A stretch of 64,000 bases of DNA. Source: Balanoglossus misakiensis (taxonomy: Eukaryota; Animalia; Hemichordata). The position numbers were made by a program, and so were the translations under genes. The notes beneath the pieces were generated by a model that searched no databases, was not told where the DNA came from, and saw only the letters and a program-made list of their open reading frames with translations. Of the stretch, positions 13,113 to 24,800 are shown piece after piece (positions within the stretch are counted from its first letter, which is position 1; every line of letters begins with the position of its first letter). The stretch lies in NCBI GenBank assembly GCA_040954595.2, contig CM082588.2, positions 11,235,398 through 11,299,397 on the forward strand, in the 5' to 3' direction.

Positions 13113-13506
13113 AAGGCTCCTTAGACAAACCTGGTGCGTCTGCGGTCCAGATCCGTACCAGAGCCTTTCGCCGAAATTCGATTTTATCGGGAGAATATCC
13201 TTTCCCTGTCTACTAACCGGTTATAACCGACTCCGCGATTGACTTCTTCTATCATCCGAACCGCTCGCTTTCTGAAACTTTCGTGTTTACCCATTGAGAT
13301 AACCTCACTGTATTCAATATGGCGATGTCAACAGGTAAACACAAGAGAAAATCAGAAAGCGAGCAGCTCGGAAGTTAATTACATCATATTTGGAGTCATT
13401 TGTGGGTAGACGGGGGAAAGATTCCCCCTGATAAAATCGAATCTCGGCCGAAAAGCTGCTGTCCGGATCCGGATCTCAGACGAATCAGTTTTGTCCATGG
13501 AGCCTT
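13113..13506. repeat. ~390-bp imperfect palindrome (duplicate at 14713-15106)
   Basis: AAGGCTCC...GGAGCCTT ends; internal pairs TTCGATTTTATC / GATAAAATCGAA, GCTCGCTTTCTGA / TCAGAAAGCGAGC, GTGTTTACC / GGTAAACAC. Confidence 0.75.
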
Positions 13507-13587
13507 GCAGAGATGTGGTGGAAGCACAGTGGTGGAAGCCGTGTATTAAACGCCGGGAGAACGCAGACCTGTATGGAGGACTACCAC

Positions 13588-14177
13588 GACCCTGTCAGTG
13601 CTTGGAAATTTCAAGGCTCTCACATTCCCTGAGTGTCTGGAAATTTCCGACCACTGACCCTTGTCAGTGCTTGGAAATTTCTAAGCTCTCACATTCCCTG
13701 AGTGTCTGGAAATTTCCGACCACTGACCCTTGTCAGTGCTTGGAAATTTCAAGGCTCTCACATTCCCTGAGTGTCTGGAAATTTCCGACCACTGACCCTT
13801 GTCAGTGCTTGGAAATTTCCAGGCTCTCACATTCCCTGAGTGTCTGGAAATTTCCGACCACTGACCCTTGTCAGTGCTTGGAAATTTCCAGGCTCTCACA
13901 TTCCCTGAGTGTCTGGAAATTTCCGACCACTGACCCTTGTCAGTGCTTGGAAATTTCTAAGCTCTCACATTCCCTGAGTGTCTGGAAATTTCCGACCACT
14001 GACCCTTGTCAGTGCTTGGACATTTCCAGGCTCTCATATTCCCTGAGTGTCTGGAAATTTCCGACCACTGACCCTTGTTAGTGCTTGGAAATTTCTAAGC
14101 TCTCACATTCCCTGAGTGTCTGGAAATTTCCGACCACTGACCCTTGTCAGTGCTTGGAAATTTCCAAGCTCTCACAT
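13588..14177 (-). repeat. 69-bp minisatellite, ~8.5 units
   Basis: Reverse complement of the 12106-12657 unit. Confidence 0.95.
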
Positions 14178-15187
14178 GCCACTGACTCTTTTCCAAGTAT
14201 TTCAGCTGCAAAATATGGATTTGTCAATGAGCAGTGCTTATTTCCTAAAATTCATACGAAATCCAACGGATTTGTGTGATACGGATATTAATCTAACAAT
14301 TCTTGTAATAAATATTGGGTTTCAGATTTACTTTTTGATGCTATTGTTTTTTCTGGCGAAATTTTACAAACAATTCACACACTTGCAAATTTTCAATAGA
14401 AATATTACTCATGATAAACATGGAGACAAAATTTCATTAGAAAAAAATCAAAAGGACTGTCATGTACGTGGCTTTGAAGGAGACTGGAGATGGCCAATAC
14501 TTCTTTATATACAGTGGTTTGAACTGTGACATTTGGTAACACTGCATAATTCAAGAACAATAGCATTTGGTAGTTGTGAAGTTGTGACTTTGTATACAGA
14601 GTAGAAAGAACAATTATGTCAGATAAACAATACCAATTCCCAATAAACAACTAGTGTATGGGCTAACTCAGAGGAGTTGGTAGGCGAAGCCTGTCATGAA
14701 CATTGTGACGCTAAGGCTCCTTAGACAAACCTGGTGCGTCTGCGGTCCAGATCCGTACCAGAGCCTTTCGCCGAAATTCGATTTTATCGGGAGAATATCC
14801 TTTCCCTGTCTACTAACCGGTTATAACCGACTCCGCGATTGACTTCTTCTATCATCCGAACCGCTCGCTTTCTGAAACTTTCGTGTTTACCCATTGAGAT
14901 AACCTCACTGTATTCAATATGGCGATGTCAACAGGTAAACACAAGAGAAAATCAGAAAGCGAGCAGCTCGGAAGTTAATTACATCATATTTGGAGTCATT
15001 TGTGGGTAGACGGGGGAAAGATTCCCCCTGATAAAATCGAATCTCGGCCGAAAAGCTGCTGTCCGGATCCGGATCTCAGACGAATCAGTTTTGTCCATGG
15101 AGCCTTGCAGAGATGTGGTGGAAGCACAGTGGTGGAAGCCGTGTATTAAACGCCGGGAGAACGCAGACCTGTATGGAGGACTACCAC

Positions 15188-15984
15188 GACCCTGTCAGTG
15201 CTTGGAAATTTCAAGGCTCTCACATTCCCTGAGTGTCTGGAAATTTCCGACCACTGACCCTTGTCAGTGCTTGGAAATTTCTAAGCTCTCACATTCCCTG
15301 AGTGTCTGGAAATTTCCGACCACTGACCCTTGTCAGTGCTTGGAAATTTCAAGGCTCTCACATTCCCTGAGTGTCTGGAAATTTCCGACCACTGACCCTT
15401 GTCAGTGCTTGGAAATTTCCAGGCTCTCACATTCCCCGAGTGTCTGGAAATTTCCGACCATTGACCCTTGTCAGTGCTTGGAAATTTCCAGGCTCTCACA
15501 TTCCCTGAGTGTCTGGAAATTTCCGACCACTGACCCTTGTCAGTGCTTGGAAATTTCTAAGCTCTCACATTCCCTGAGTGTCTGGAAATTTCCGACCACT
15601 GACCCTTGTCAGTGCTTGGAAATTTCCAGGCTCTCACATTCCCTGAGTGTCTGGAAATTTCCGACCACTGACCCTTGTCAGTGCTTGGAAATTTCCAGGC
15701 TCTCACATTCCCTGAGTGTCTGGAAATTTCCGACCACTGACCCTTGTCAGTGCTTGGAAATTTCTAAGCTCTCACATTCCCTGAGTGTCTGGAAATTTCC
15801 GACCACTGACCCTTGTCAGTGCTTGGACATTTCCAGGCTCTCATATTCCCTGAGTGTCTGGAAATTTCCGACCACTGACCCTTGTTAGTGCTTGGAAATT
15901 TCTAAGCTCTCACATTCCCTGAGTGTCTGGAAATTTCCGACCACTGACCCTTGTCAGTGCTTGGAAATTTCCAAGCTCTCACAT
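15188..15984 (-). repeat. 69-bp minisatellite, ~11.5 units
   Basis: Same unit; three more copies than 13588-14177. Confidence 0.95.
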
Positions 15985-16835
15985 GCCACTGACTCTTTTC
16001 CAAGTATTTCAGCTGCAAAATATGGATTTGTCAATGAGCAGTGCTTATTTCCTAAAATTCATACGAAATCCAACGGATTTGTGTGATACGGATATTAATC
16101 TAACAATTCTTGTAATAAATATTGGGTTTCAGATTTACTTTTTGATGCTATTGTTTTTTCTGGCGAAATTTTACAAACAATTCACACACTTGCAAATTTT
16201 CAATAGAAATATTACTCATGATAAACATGGAGACAAAATTTCATTAGAAAAAAATCAAAAGGACTGTCATGTACGTGGCTTTGAAGGAGACTCAGTTTTT
16301 TCACAGATAAATTTTAATTTGAGTTTAAAGCCAAAATATGACAAAATGCATTTTTCCTGCTGTACAGCTGCAGGAATGAGACTAAGAATACCTTTATGTA
16401 ATTTTTTCATTAGAAATTGGCAAAGAATAGGGAATATTTTCAGAAATTTCTAATTTTTTCAGCAGTAATTATGTAAAAAAGAGGTTTTTCGGAAATTGGA
16501 AAATGTTTTCTATACTGTTATCTTATCAACCTTGGCTTTGGTACAACGGGTGTAGGCGGATATATTCTGCTGTGACAATTTTTTCCAATCAACTCGAAAA
16601 TTACATTGCTTGAAGGAACTACTGCTGAAGCATTCATCAGCAGAAGTGTTGAAATGAACCTCTATTGAAACAGGAATATGGTCGGAGTCAACAACATTGC
16701 AAAGACTCGAAATTGAAAGAACATTGCTATAAAAAATTTTAGTGGTAACACAGTGGTCAATCCAAACTCAGCGTAATTCAATAAAACGCCCTAACACAGC
16801 CTGAACTCCGATAATGTGTTGTCCCAAAATTCATT

Positions 16836-17369
16836 CCGTGGAAAATAATCACTGGTCTGTTTACGTATTTCAGCCGATTTTCCAAGGACTACTGCAACCC
16901 GCCAGAAGTGAGTAGCCTGCTAATGAGATCTCCACAACATTACGTAATGACGGTCAAAGTCCGATGCCCCAGTGTCCGTCCTCAGCCCACCAAAAAATGC
17001 GAAAAAATATTACAAAAATCTTCTTCTCAAAATCGACGTGGCCTAGGACCTTGAAATTTGGCACAGGGGATTTTGGCCACATGGTCTACAAAAATCGCGA
17101 AAAGAATGTACATGCCCCCATTAACGTGCAAATTAGGTCAATTTGAAAATTTCGCTCGATTATAGCCACAAAGTCACGTGACTAATTACAAATTCAAAGG
17201 GCAGGTGCACCAGTACTCATGGGCCCCAACCACCGTGCCAAATTTGGAGGCGCACCTGCCGGAATTTCAGAGAAAAACGGGCGCAAAAAAACGACTCAAG
17301 AAGAAAGAAGACAAACTCCAGCAATAACAGAAGGGGACCAAGCGCCTGAGGGCTCTTGGTCCCCTAAAT
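16836..17369. mobile_element. Terminal part of a Helentron-like non-autonomous repeat
   Basis: Ends in hairpin AGGGGACCAAG...CTTGGTCCCCT followed by AA; first ~130 bp homologous to 9395-9521. Confidence 0.45.
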
Positions 17370-18101
17370 ATGGGACTAAACTTGACAGATACCCGGAATA
17401 TTTTCCTATTTAGGATACCTGGTTGCATTTCCACCTAAAGGCGTCCTATTGGCGTGGAAATTTTATAACTTGAAATCGTTTGACTGGGTGATAGGTATTA
17501 ATATCTTATGATGTTATAAAACACTTGGCTCGCCAAAGGTAAGGACCGATTATAGCGTCAGTCGTGTCATAAAATCTATATGAACGTCATGGGTCAATAA
17601 ACTTGATGGTCCAATAAAATTTAATGGTTCGTAAAACTATTGTGTCCAATGTCTGCAGAGTATACTGGCTGCAACATGTGTATGAGTCAGGATTAACGGC
17701 TGTAGCCATCAACCCAAAAGGTGAACGTCCTATTCTCACTAACTTAAATAGGTTTTGCGACCTAGTTGAGTGATAAAAACCTTATGATAAAGTCGACACA
17801 ATTTCAAGATGACGATGTGCAAATGAGAGTTCATAAGCTAAAGTAAAGTTCAATGAATTCTATACAAAGTTCAAAAAAGATTTTTTACTAAAGGAAGACA
17901 TGAACAAACTGATATCGTCTCTTCATATTCGTACATGTCCAACTGTTGTGATTTGACCCCCCCCCCCCCCCCCATGGTACATGAACCTATTACTTAGTAC
18001 ACACTTAAACAATTGGCATTTGAAGTGCCTTGCTTGACAGCGTTTAATGCGGTGGTCAGCCGCGTTTATCTCTCGCCACTTCATGCATCATGTCGCCTTA
18101 A

Positions 18102-18421
18102 AGGGACAAACTCTCTCTCTCGTCGCCCTTTTCTATTAATTATGTTTGATACAAGACACCGTTTATATTAATGGGCATGTGTATATGTAGTGAATGAACG
18201 TTCAACCACACACAACTTCCATCCTGCTTGTATGATATGAGAGTAAAAACTCGCCCAAAATGAATTAATGGTAGAGACCGATTTTTCAGTTTTGCGAGTT
18301 TTCGCTCTCGTGTCTACATGCGGGATAGAAGGTGTGTGCGATTGAACGTTGCATCACTATATATCCACATTTACATTCATATAAACGGTGTTTTGTATCA
18401 AACATGGAAAAGGGCAGCGAG
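18102..18421. mobile_element. Palindromic TTAA-flanked MITE (Kolobok-like), copy 1, right end lost
   Basis: TTAA|AGGGACAAA start; internal inverted arms (TTTGATACAAGACACCGTTTATA / TATAAACGGTGTTTTGTATCAAA); homologous to 19058-19348. Confidence 0.65.
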
Positions 18422-19057
18422 TTAAGGATGTACGATCAGTAAAATTGAAAGCATTGTCATTTCTTTTAATCGTGAATTTTCGTTTCTGATTTGTATGTAT
18501 AATGAAAATCCATTTTGGGTCACTGCACTTGTTTTCGACTTTAAACAAGGCCGTGAATTTAGTCGACAATTGAAGAAAACTGCTAACGGTCAGCATTTTC
18601 TACCAATGGTTTGTCTATGGATACAATATTGAACAAAGTTTATCTCAAAATAGAGCGTGATGAATTTATTTTGATTTGTCGGAGCTATGTGTAAAATTTC
18701 ATGAAAATGACAATAGTAGAAGTGAGTTTTCTAACTATTCTCCATGTACTCCTATGGGAAGAGACACAGGCGCACAGTTTACCAGTTGACGACCTCTAAA
18801 GAGTAAACGGGGGGGGGGGATGATGAAAGGTTTAAGACTTACAGATCACAACTTAAAGAGCCATTCAGAAAGAGGCTTAGAGTGGAGTATCAAATCGGAC
18901 GATACCACTGACTGGTGGAGGAAGACAAAATAAGCAAACTGAGTAGATCAGTGCTCAGATTTCTTCAGAGGACCAAACGTTTCAAAGAATTATACGTGAC
19001 AATCCATGCCTGGTCCGTCAGTAGATATAAACAGAACATTGTGGCTGTATTCATTAA

Positions 19058-19348
19058 AGGGACAAAGTCTCTCTCTCGCTGCCCTTTTTCCATTAATTAT
19101 GTTTGATACAAGACTGCGTTTATATTATTCTACATGTGGATATAGTGAATCAACGTTCAACCATACACACCTTCCACCCCGCTTGTATAGACACGAGAGT
19201 TTTAAAAAGTAGCCAAAATGAATAAACGGTCTCTACCATTTATTCATTTCGGGCGAGTTTTTACTCTCGTATCATACAAGCCGGATGGAAGTTGTGTGTG
19301 GTTGAACGTTCATTCACTAACATAAACGGTGTCTTGTATCATGTCCCT
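19058..19348. mobile_element. Palindromic TTAA-flanked MITE (Kolobok-like), copy 2
   Basis: TTAA|AGGGACA...TGTCCCT|TTAA; arms AACGTTCAACCA / TGGTTGAACGTT. Confidence 0.8.
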
Positions 19349-20129
19349 TTAACACTTTTGAAGCATTTTACTAATGCTAACATGACTAGACCAATTGAAT
19401 GATGTTACATTGCAGGTTATCAACTCAGAGGGGCGTCTTGTTATAAAGCGGTACCTGACAAACAATCAGCTGGCAACGCTGAAAATACCTGTCAGTCGTA
19501 AGTATGAAAGTATACATCATTTGAGTAGAATTTTACGGGAGTTCCTAACAAGGCTTGGACATGTCACGCACAAATACAAAGGGCGCGTATAAAGACAGAC
19601 AAAACCTCGCTCAGTGTGAGGTGTTCAGCGATTGCATCTGATAAGTCGAAAATGCTTGATCACGTGTCATGTTCAGTTGGGAAATTGGATATGTCTCAGG
19701 CCAAAAAAACTAATATGTGCTATTCCGATTACATGGTTTTCAAAAATATTGTAGGTAGAAAGGGACATGTTTTTATTTTTCAATTTTTTTTATATCTTTG
19801 GCCGTCGTAGTGTAGAAGAATGACATCATAGTTCTTGCGTGATTCTCGCAATTTTCATGAATTGTTTTATATTTGACATCGTTATTTTTACTTCCGGTTT
19901 GCGAAGATCTAAACTGTTTTGGGTCGGCGGGCTAAAATTAGGGTAGTTCGGGTAATCGTTATGACATTGGGAGCTACGGCTGCAAAGCCATGTGTCTCGT
20001 GCGAAAAGGGCCCTTAACCTTTTGCAATATTTAACAGCAAACAACAGACAGTTTTGAGAATAAAAGGTTTCCGTCGTGTCTGACTTTCATATCGCATTAA
20101 TAGCATATCCCTAATTTTAAAGAAATTAG

Positions 20130-20365
20130 GAGAGACAGAGTGAAACAGGCAGAGTGGCAGACAGACACAAGCAGACAGACAGAGCAACATTCATCAGTAG
20201 AGACACTCACCGGTCGCTCGCTCGCTCGCTCACTCTCTCTATCAGAGAGAGGGGGCAGACAGTCAGACAGACAGACGTTGACAGACAGTCAGTAAGTCAG
20301 TCAGCCAGTTAATCAGTCAGTCAGACGTCAAAGACACAGTGACACAAACACAGCGAGGGAGACAA
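20130..20365. repeat. Degenerate (CAGA)n/(CAGT)n microsatellite region
   Basis: Runs of cagacaga, cagtcagt and gctcgctc. Confidence 0.7.
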
Positions 20366-21854
20366 AAGGACCTTTCATGCTTAAACCCCTGTTCTTCTGT
20401 TATAAACTTTGAAAACCGTTCGTTTTCAGATTGCAGATTGCTCGAATAACGCGGCACACTGCCGAAACAATAAAACAAATACTAGTGGGAGCTCATAAAA
20501 TAAAATCGCTCAACCATTCCGTCGTCCTGAGTGACCTCAGCCACATTAATTCCGACGTCTTTTTAGGGTCATGAAAAAAGTCACAAATAAGGTATTTCCC
20601 CTAGGTCCACCTGAAGCAAAAAGTTTTCGTTTCGACTCCATCATTCCGAATAGTAAGAAAGCAACAAAATTGAAAAGACAGATGTAAAATGCAATCTCTC
20701 TCACGTGGTAACGTTTGTAACTATGGCAATCACGGTACGTGTTCAGTACACAGACAGGGAGAAAAGTTTCCCCATGCAATACATGTGTTCAGTAAGGTTT
20801 GACCTTGGTTTTACTTTGTACCATGATCGCCGCTTTCTAAGCATGGATGAACGACGGCGGTCAGACCCAATCGAACCCTTTCATGTCAGATGACCACGGT
20901 ATCTCCAGTGTGAGATGACATTTGACAAACCATTTGATTTCAACAAAATCTTCGCGTCGTCAACGCGTCGCATACCAGTCGCATATCGGTATTTACCCAA
21001 TCATAAAAGTTGGAAATTCGGGAGACTCGATCTGCAACTAAGTTGAGAGTAAATTTTGACGTTTGACTATTGGCAAGTAAACAGGTTACACAATGACTTG
21101 TCGGTTTTTCCTCCGTCATGGTCGTTCTTGACCCAAGTGTCCTTCCTTGACATTTAGACACACCTTGCGGTATGACCTTGGTGGTCATGTGCAATTAGTT
21201 TTCTTGTATAAGACGCTTTTCATGCCGGGGTAGACGACTTGTGCGTGGATCATCAACATTTCAGTGATATTTCAACGCAAAGTTTTAGCAATATTGAGAA
21301 AACAGGTAGTGAGGTGTCAAATGCATATCAATGTACGAAAATTAGGTCAAGCCACCCGACAGCAACCGCTTTCACACAGTGTCGGACGTTGCACGGAATG
21401 TGAAACGTTACACTGCTTCGGCCGTTCACATGCACCTGGGCGTGGTTTTGATTGATGGTCAAACGCCCCCACTTACTTTGTGCGTTTTCAATGGTAAATG
21501 TGTCGTATTGATCGAAACCTTGCCGTAAACATATTTTTTTTGCTGAATCAACATTCAGAGTTCAGCCGTCTAGTTAACGAAGTATTGAAATAAGCCACTT
21601 GTTCATCATTTTTTGTCTGTCAAACGTGTTTATTCGGACAGGGACCGGCCGCCAATGAGTGGTTTAGGGAGCCCACACGTACACTCTGGTACCTGGACAA
21701 TTAACAAAGACATGACGTGTGTACCGTCCGGTTCGAAAAGATTGGTTTAAGGTAGTCCTGGTAACAGTCATCCTAACGAGGCCAGGGGAGGTCTCCAAGG
21801 GCGAAATAAACAAAGCTACCGATGACGAGTCGAATTCGAATCGGACGATGCTTG

Positions 21855-24800
21855 TTTTCGACTTTGCAAAATCTCAAAATTTCGTCGATTTTTGAAAAAA
21901 AATCATGGGTGAAAATGCATCAAAAAATGAGAAATTTTCGACTTTGCAAAATCTCAAAATTTCGTCAATTTTGAAAAAAATCATGGGTGAAAATCATCAA
22001 AAAATGACAAATTTTCGACTTTGCAAAATCTCAAAATTTCGTCGATTTTTGAAAAAAATCATGGGTGAAAATCATCAAAAAAATGACAAATTTTCGACTT
22101 TGCAAAATCTCAAAATTTTGTTGATTTTTGAAAAAAATCATAGGTGAAAATCATCAAAAAATGACAAATTTTCGACTTTGCAAAATCTCAAAATTTCGTC
22201 GATTTTTGAAGAAAATCATGGGTGAAAATCATCAAAAAATGACAAATTTTCGACTTTGCAAAATCTCAAAATTTTTTCGATTTTTGAAAAAAGACATGGG
22301 TGAAAATCATCAAAAAATGACAAATTTTCGACTTTGCAAAATCTCAAAATTTCGTCGATTTTTGAAAAAAATCATGGGGGAAAATCATGAAAAAAATGAC
22401 AAATTTTCCTCTTTGCAAAATCTCAAAATTTCGTCGATTTTTGAAAAAAATCATGGGTGAAAATCATCAAAAAAATGACAAATTTTCGACTTTGCAAAAT
22501 CTCAAAATTTTGTTGATTTTTGAAAAAAATCATAGGTGAAAATCATCAAAAAATGACAAATTTTCGACTTTGCAAAATCTCAAAATTTCGTCGATTTTTG
22601 AAGAAAATCATGGGTGAAAATCATCAAAAAATGACAAATTTTCGACTTTGCAAAATCTCAAAATTTTTTCGATTTTTGAAAAAAGACATGGGTGAAAATC
22701 ATCAAAAAATGACAAATTTTCGACTTTGCAAAATCTCAAAATTTCGTCGATTTTTGAAAAAAATCATGGGGGAAAATCATGAAAAAAATGACAAATTTTC
22801 CTCTTTGCAAAATCTCAAAATTTCGTCGATTTTTAAAAAAAGACATGGGTGAAAATCATCAAAAAATAACAAATTTTCGACTTTGCAAAATCTCAAAATT
22901 TCGTCGATTTTTGAAAAAAAATCATGGGTGAAAATCATCAAAAAATGACAAATTTTCGTCTTTGCAAAATCTCAAAATTTCGTCCATTTCTGAAAAAAAA
23001 TTATGGGTAAAAATCATCAAAAATGACAAATTTTCATCTTTGCATAATCTCAAATTTTCGTCGATTTTTGAAAAAAAAATCATGGTTGAAAATCATCAAA
23101 AAATGACAAAATTTTCGACTTTGCAAAATCTCAAAATTTCGTCGATTTTTGAAAAAAATCATGGGGGAAAATCAAGAAAAAATGACAAATTTTCCTCTTT
23201 GCAAAATCTTAAAATTTCGTCGATTTTTGAAAAAAAATCATGGGTGAAAATCATCAAAAAATGACAAATTTTCGTCTTTGCAAAATCTCAAAATTTCGTC
23301 CATTTTTGAAAAAAATCATGGGTGAAAATCATCAAAAAATGACAAATTTTCGACTTTGCAAAATCTCAACATTTCGTCAATTTTTGAAAAAATCATGGGT
23401 GAAAATCATCAAAAAATGACAAATTTTCGACTTTGCAAAATCTCAAAATTTCGTCGATTTTTGAAAAAAATCATGGGGGAAAATCATGAAAAAATGACAA
23501 ATTTTCCTCTCTGCAAAATCTCAAAATTTCGTCGATTTTTGAAAAAAAATCATGGGTGAAAATCATCAAAAAATGACAAATTTTCGTCTTTGCAAAATCT
23601 CAAAATTTCGTCCATTTTTGAAAAAAAATCATGGGTAAAAATCATCAAAAATGACAAATTTTCGTCTTTGCAAAATCTCAAATTTTCGTCGATTTTTGAA
23701 AAAAAATCATGGTTGAAAATCATCAAAAAATGACAAAATTTTCGACTTTGTAAAATCACAAAATTTCGTCGATTTTGAAAAAAATCATAGGTTCGTCGAT
23801 TTTTCAAAAAAAAACATGGGTGAAAATCATCAAAAAATGACAAATTTTGAAAAAAAAACGGGTGAAAATCATCAAAAAATGACACATTTTCCTCTGCAAA
23901 ATCTCAAAATTTCGTCGTTTTTTGAAAAAAAATCATTGGTGAAAATCATCAAAAAATGACAAATTTTCGTCTTTGCAAAATCTCAAAATTTCGTCCATTT
24001 TTGAAAAAAAATCATGGGTAAAAATCATCAAAAATGACAAATTTTCGTCTTTGCAAAATTTCAAATTTTCGTCGATTTTTGAAAAAAATCATGGGGGAAA
24101 ATCATGAAAAAATGACAAATTTTCCTCTTTGCAAAATCTCAAAATTTCGTCGATTTTTGAAAAAAATCATGGGTGAAAATCATGAAAAAAAGACAAATTT
24201 TCCTCTTTGCAAAATCTCAAAATTTCGTCGTTTTTTGAAAAAAAATCATGGGTGAAAATCATCAAAAAATGACAAATTTTCGTCTTTGCAAAATCTCAAA
24301 ATTTCGTTCATTTTTGAAAAAAAATCATGGGTAAAAATCATCAAAAATGACAAATTTTCGTCTTTGCGAAATCTCAAATTTTCGTCGATTTTTGAAAAAA
24401 ATCATGGGGGAAAATCATGAAAAAATGACAAATTTTGAAAAAAAAAAACTGGTGAAAATCATCAAAAAATGACACATTTACGACTTGGCAAAATCTCAAA
24501 ATTTCGTCGATTTTTGAAAAAAAATCATGGGTGAAAATCATGAAAAAATGACAAATTTTGAAAAAAAAACGGGTGAAAATCATCAAAAAATGACACATTT
24601 TCGTCGACTTTGCAAAATCTCACAATTTCGTCGATTTTTGAAAAAAATCATGTGTGAAAATCATCAAAAAATGACAAATTTTCCTCTGCAAAATCTCAAA
24701 ATTTCGTCGATTTTTGAAAAAAAATCATGGGTGAAAATCATCAAAAAATGACACATTTTCGTCGACTTTGCAAAATCTCAAAATTTCGTCGATTTTTGAA

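Larger units (their letters stand above)
12887..16292. repeat. Tandem duplication inside the TIR element (12887-14485 and 14487-16292)
   Basis: Copies are essentially identical apart from three extra 69-bp units (207 bp) in the second; GAGA microhomology at the junction. Confidence 0.95.
11814..16520. mobile_element. 4.7-kb non-coding TIR (foldback-like) DNA transposon inserted in the LINE
   Basis: Perfect ~35-bp TIR TAACAGTATAGAAAACATTTTCCAATTTCCGAAAA at both ends, flanked by TC on both sides; removal restores the LINE frame KAKVDKINISEELFC. Confidence 0.85.
9522..16830 (-). mobile_element. Degenerate non-LTR retrotransposon ORF2 (APE endonuclease + reverse transcriptase) in three pieces: 16521-16830, 10722-11813, 9522-10145
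   Basis: WIDHCV and DSDHIP endonuclease C-terminal motifs (16670-16765); PGWN...GGKP linker; NYRPIAL, QFGFK, FLDASKAFDRVNH, GVRQGGVLSPYLFNVYID, YADD (~9940), YLG. Several stops and frameshifts; both ends truncated; clade not determined. Confidence 0.9.

Noticed and set aside
12081-15888. Cys-rich 23-aa repeat proteins (196 aa, 265 aa and others)
   Set aside because: Open frames follow from a stop-free 69-bp unit; they occur on both strands and are broken by sporadic stops.
12106-15984. CRISPR-like look of the palindromic 69-bp repeats
   Set aside because: The loop between arms is the same in every unit (no unique spacers), there are no cas genes, and the context is eukaryotic.
9395-16963. 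The ~130-bp homologous flanks as a TSD or LTR pair for the LINE
   Set aside because: Too long and too diverged for a TSD, and without TG...CA, PBS or PPT.
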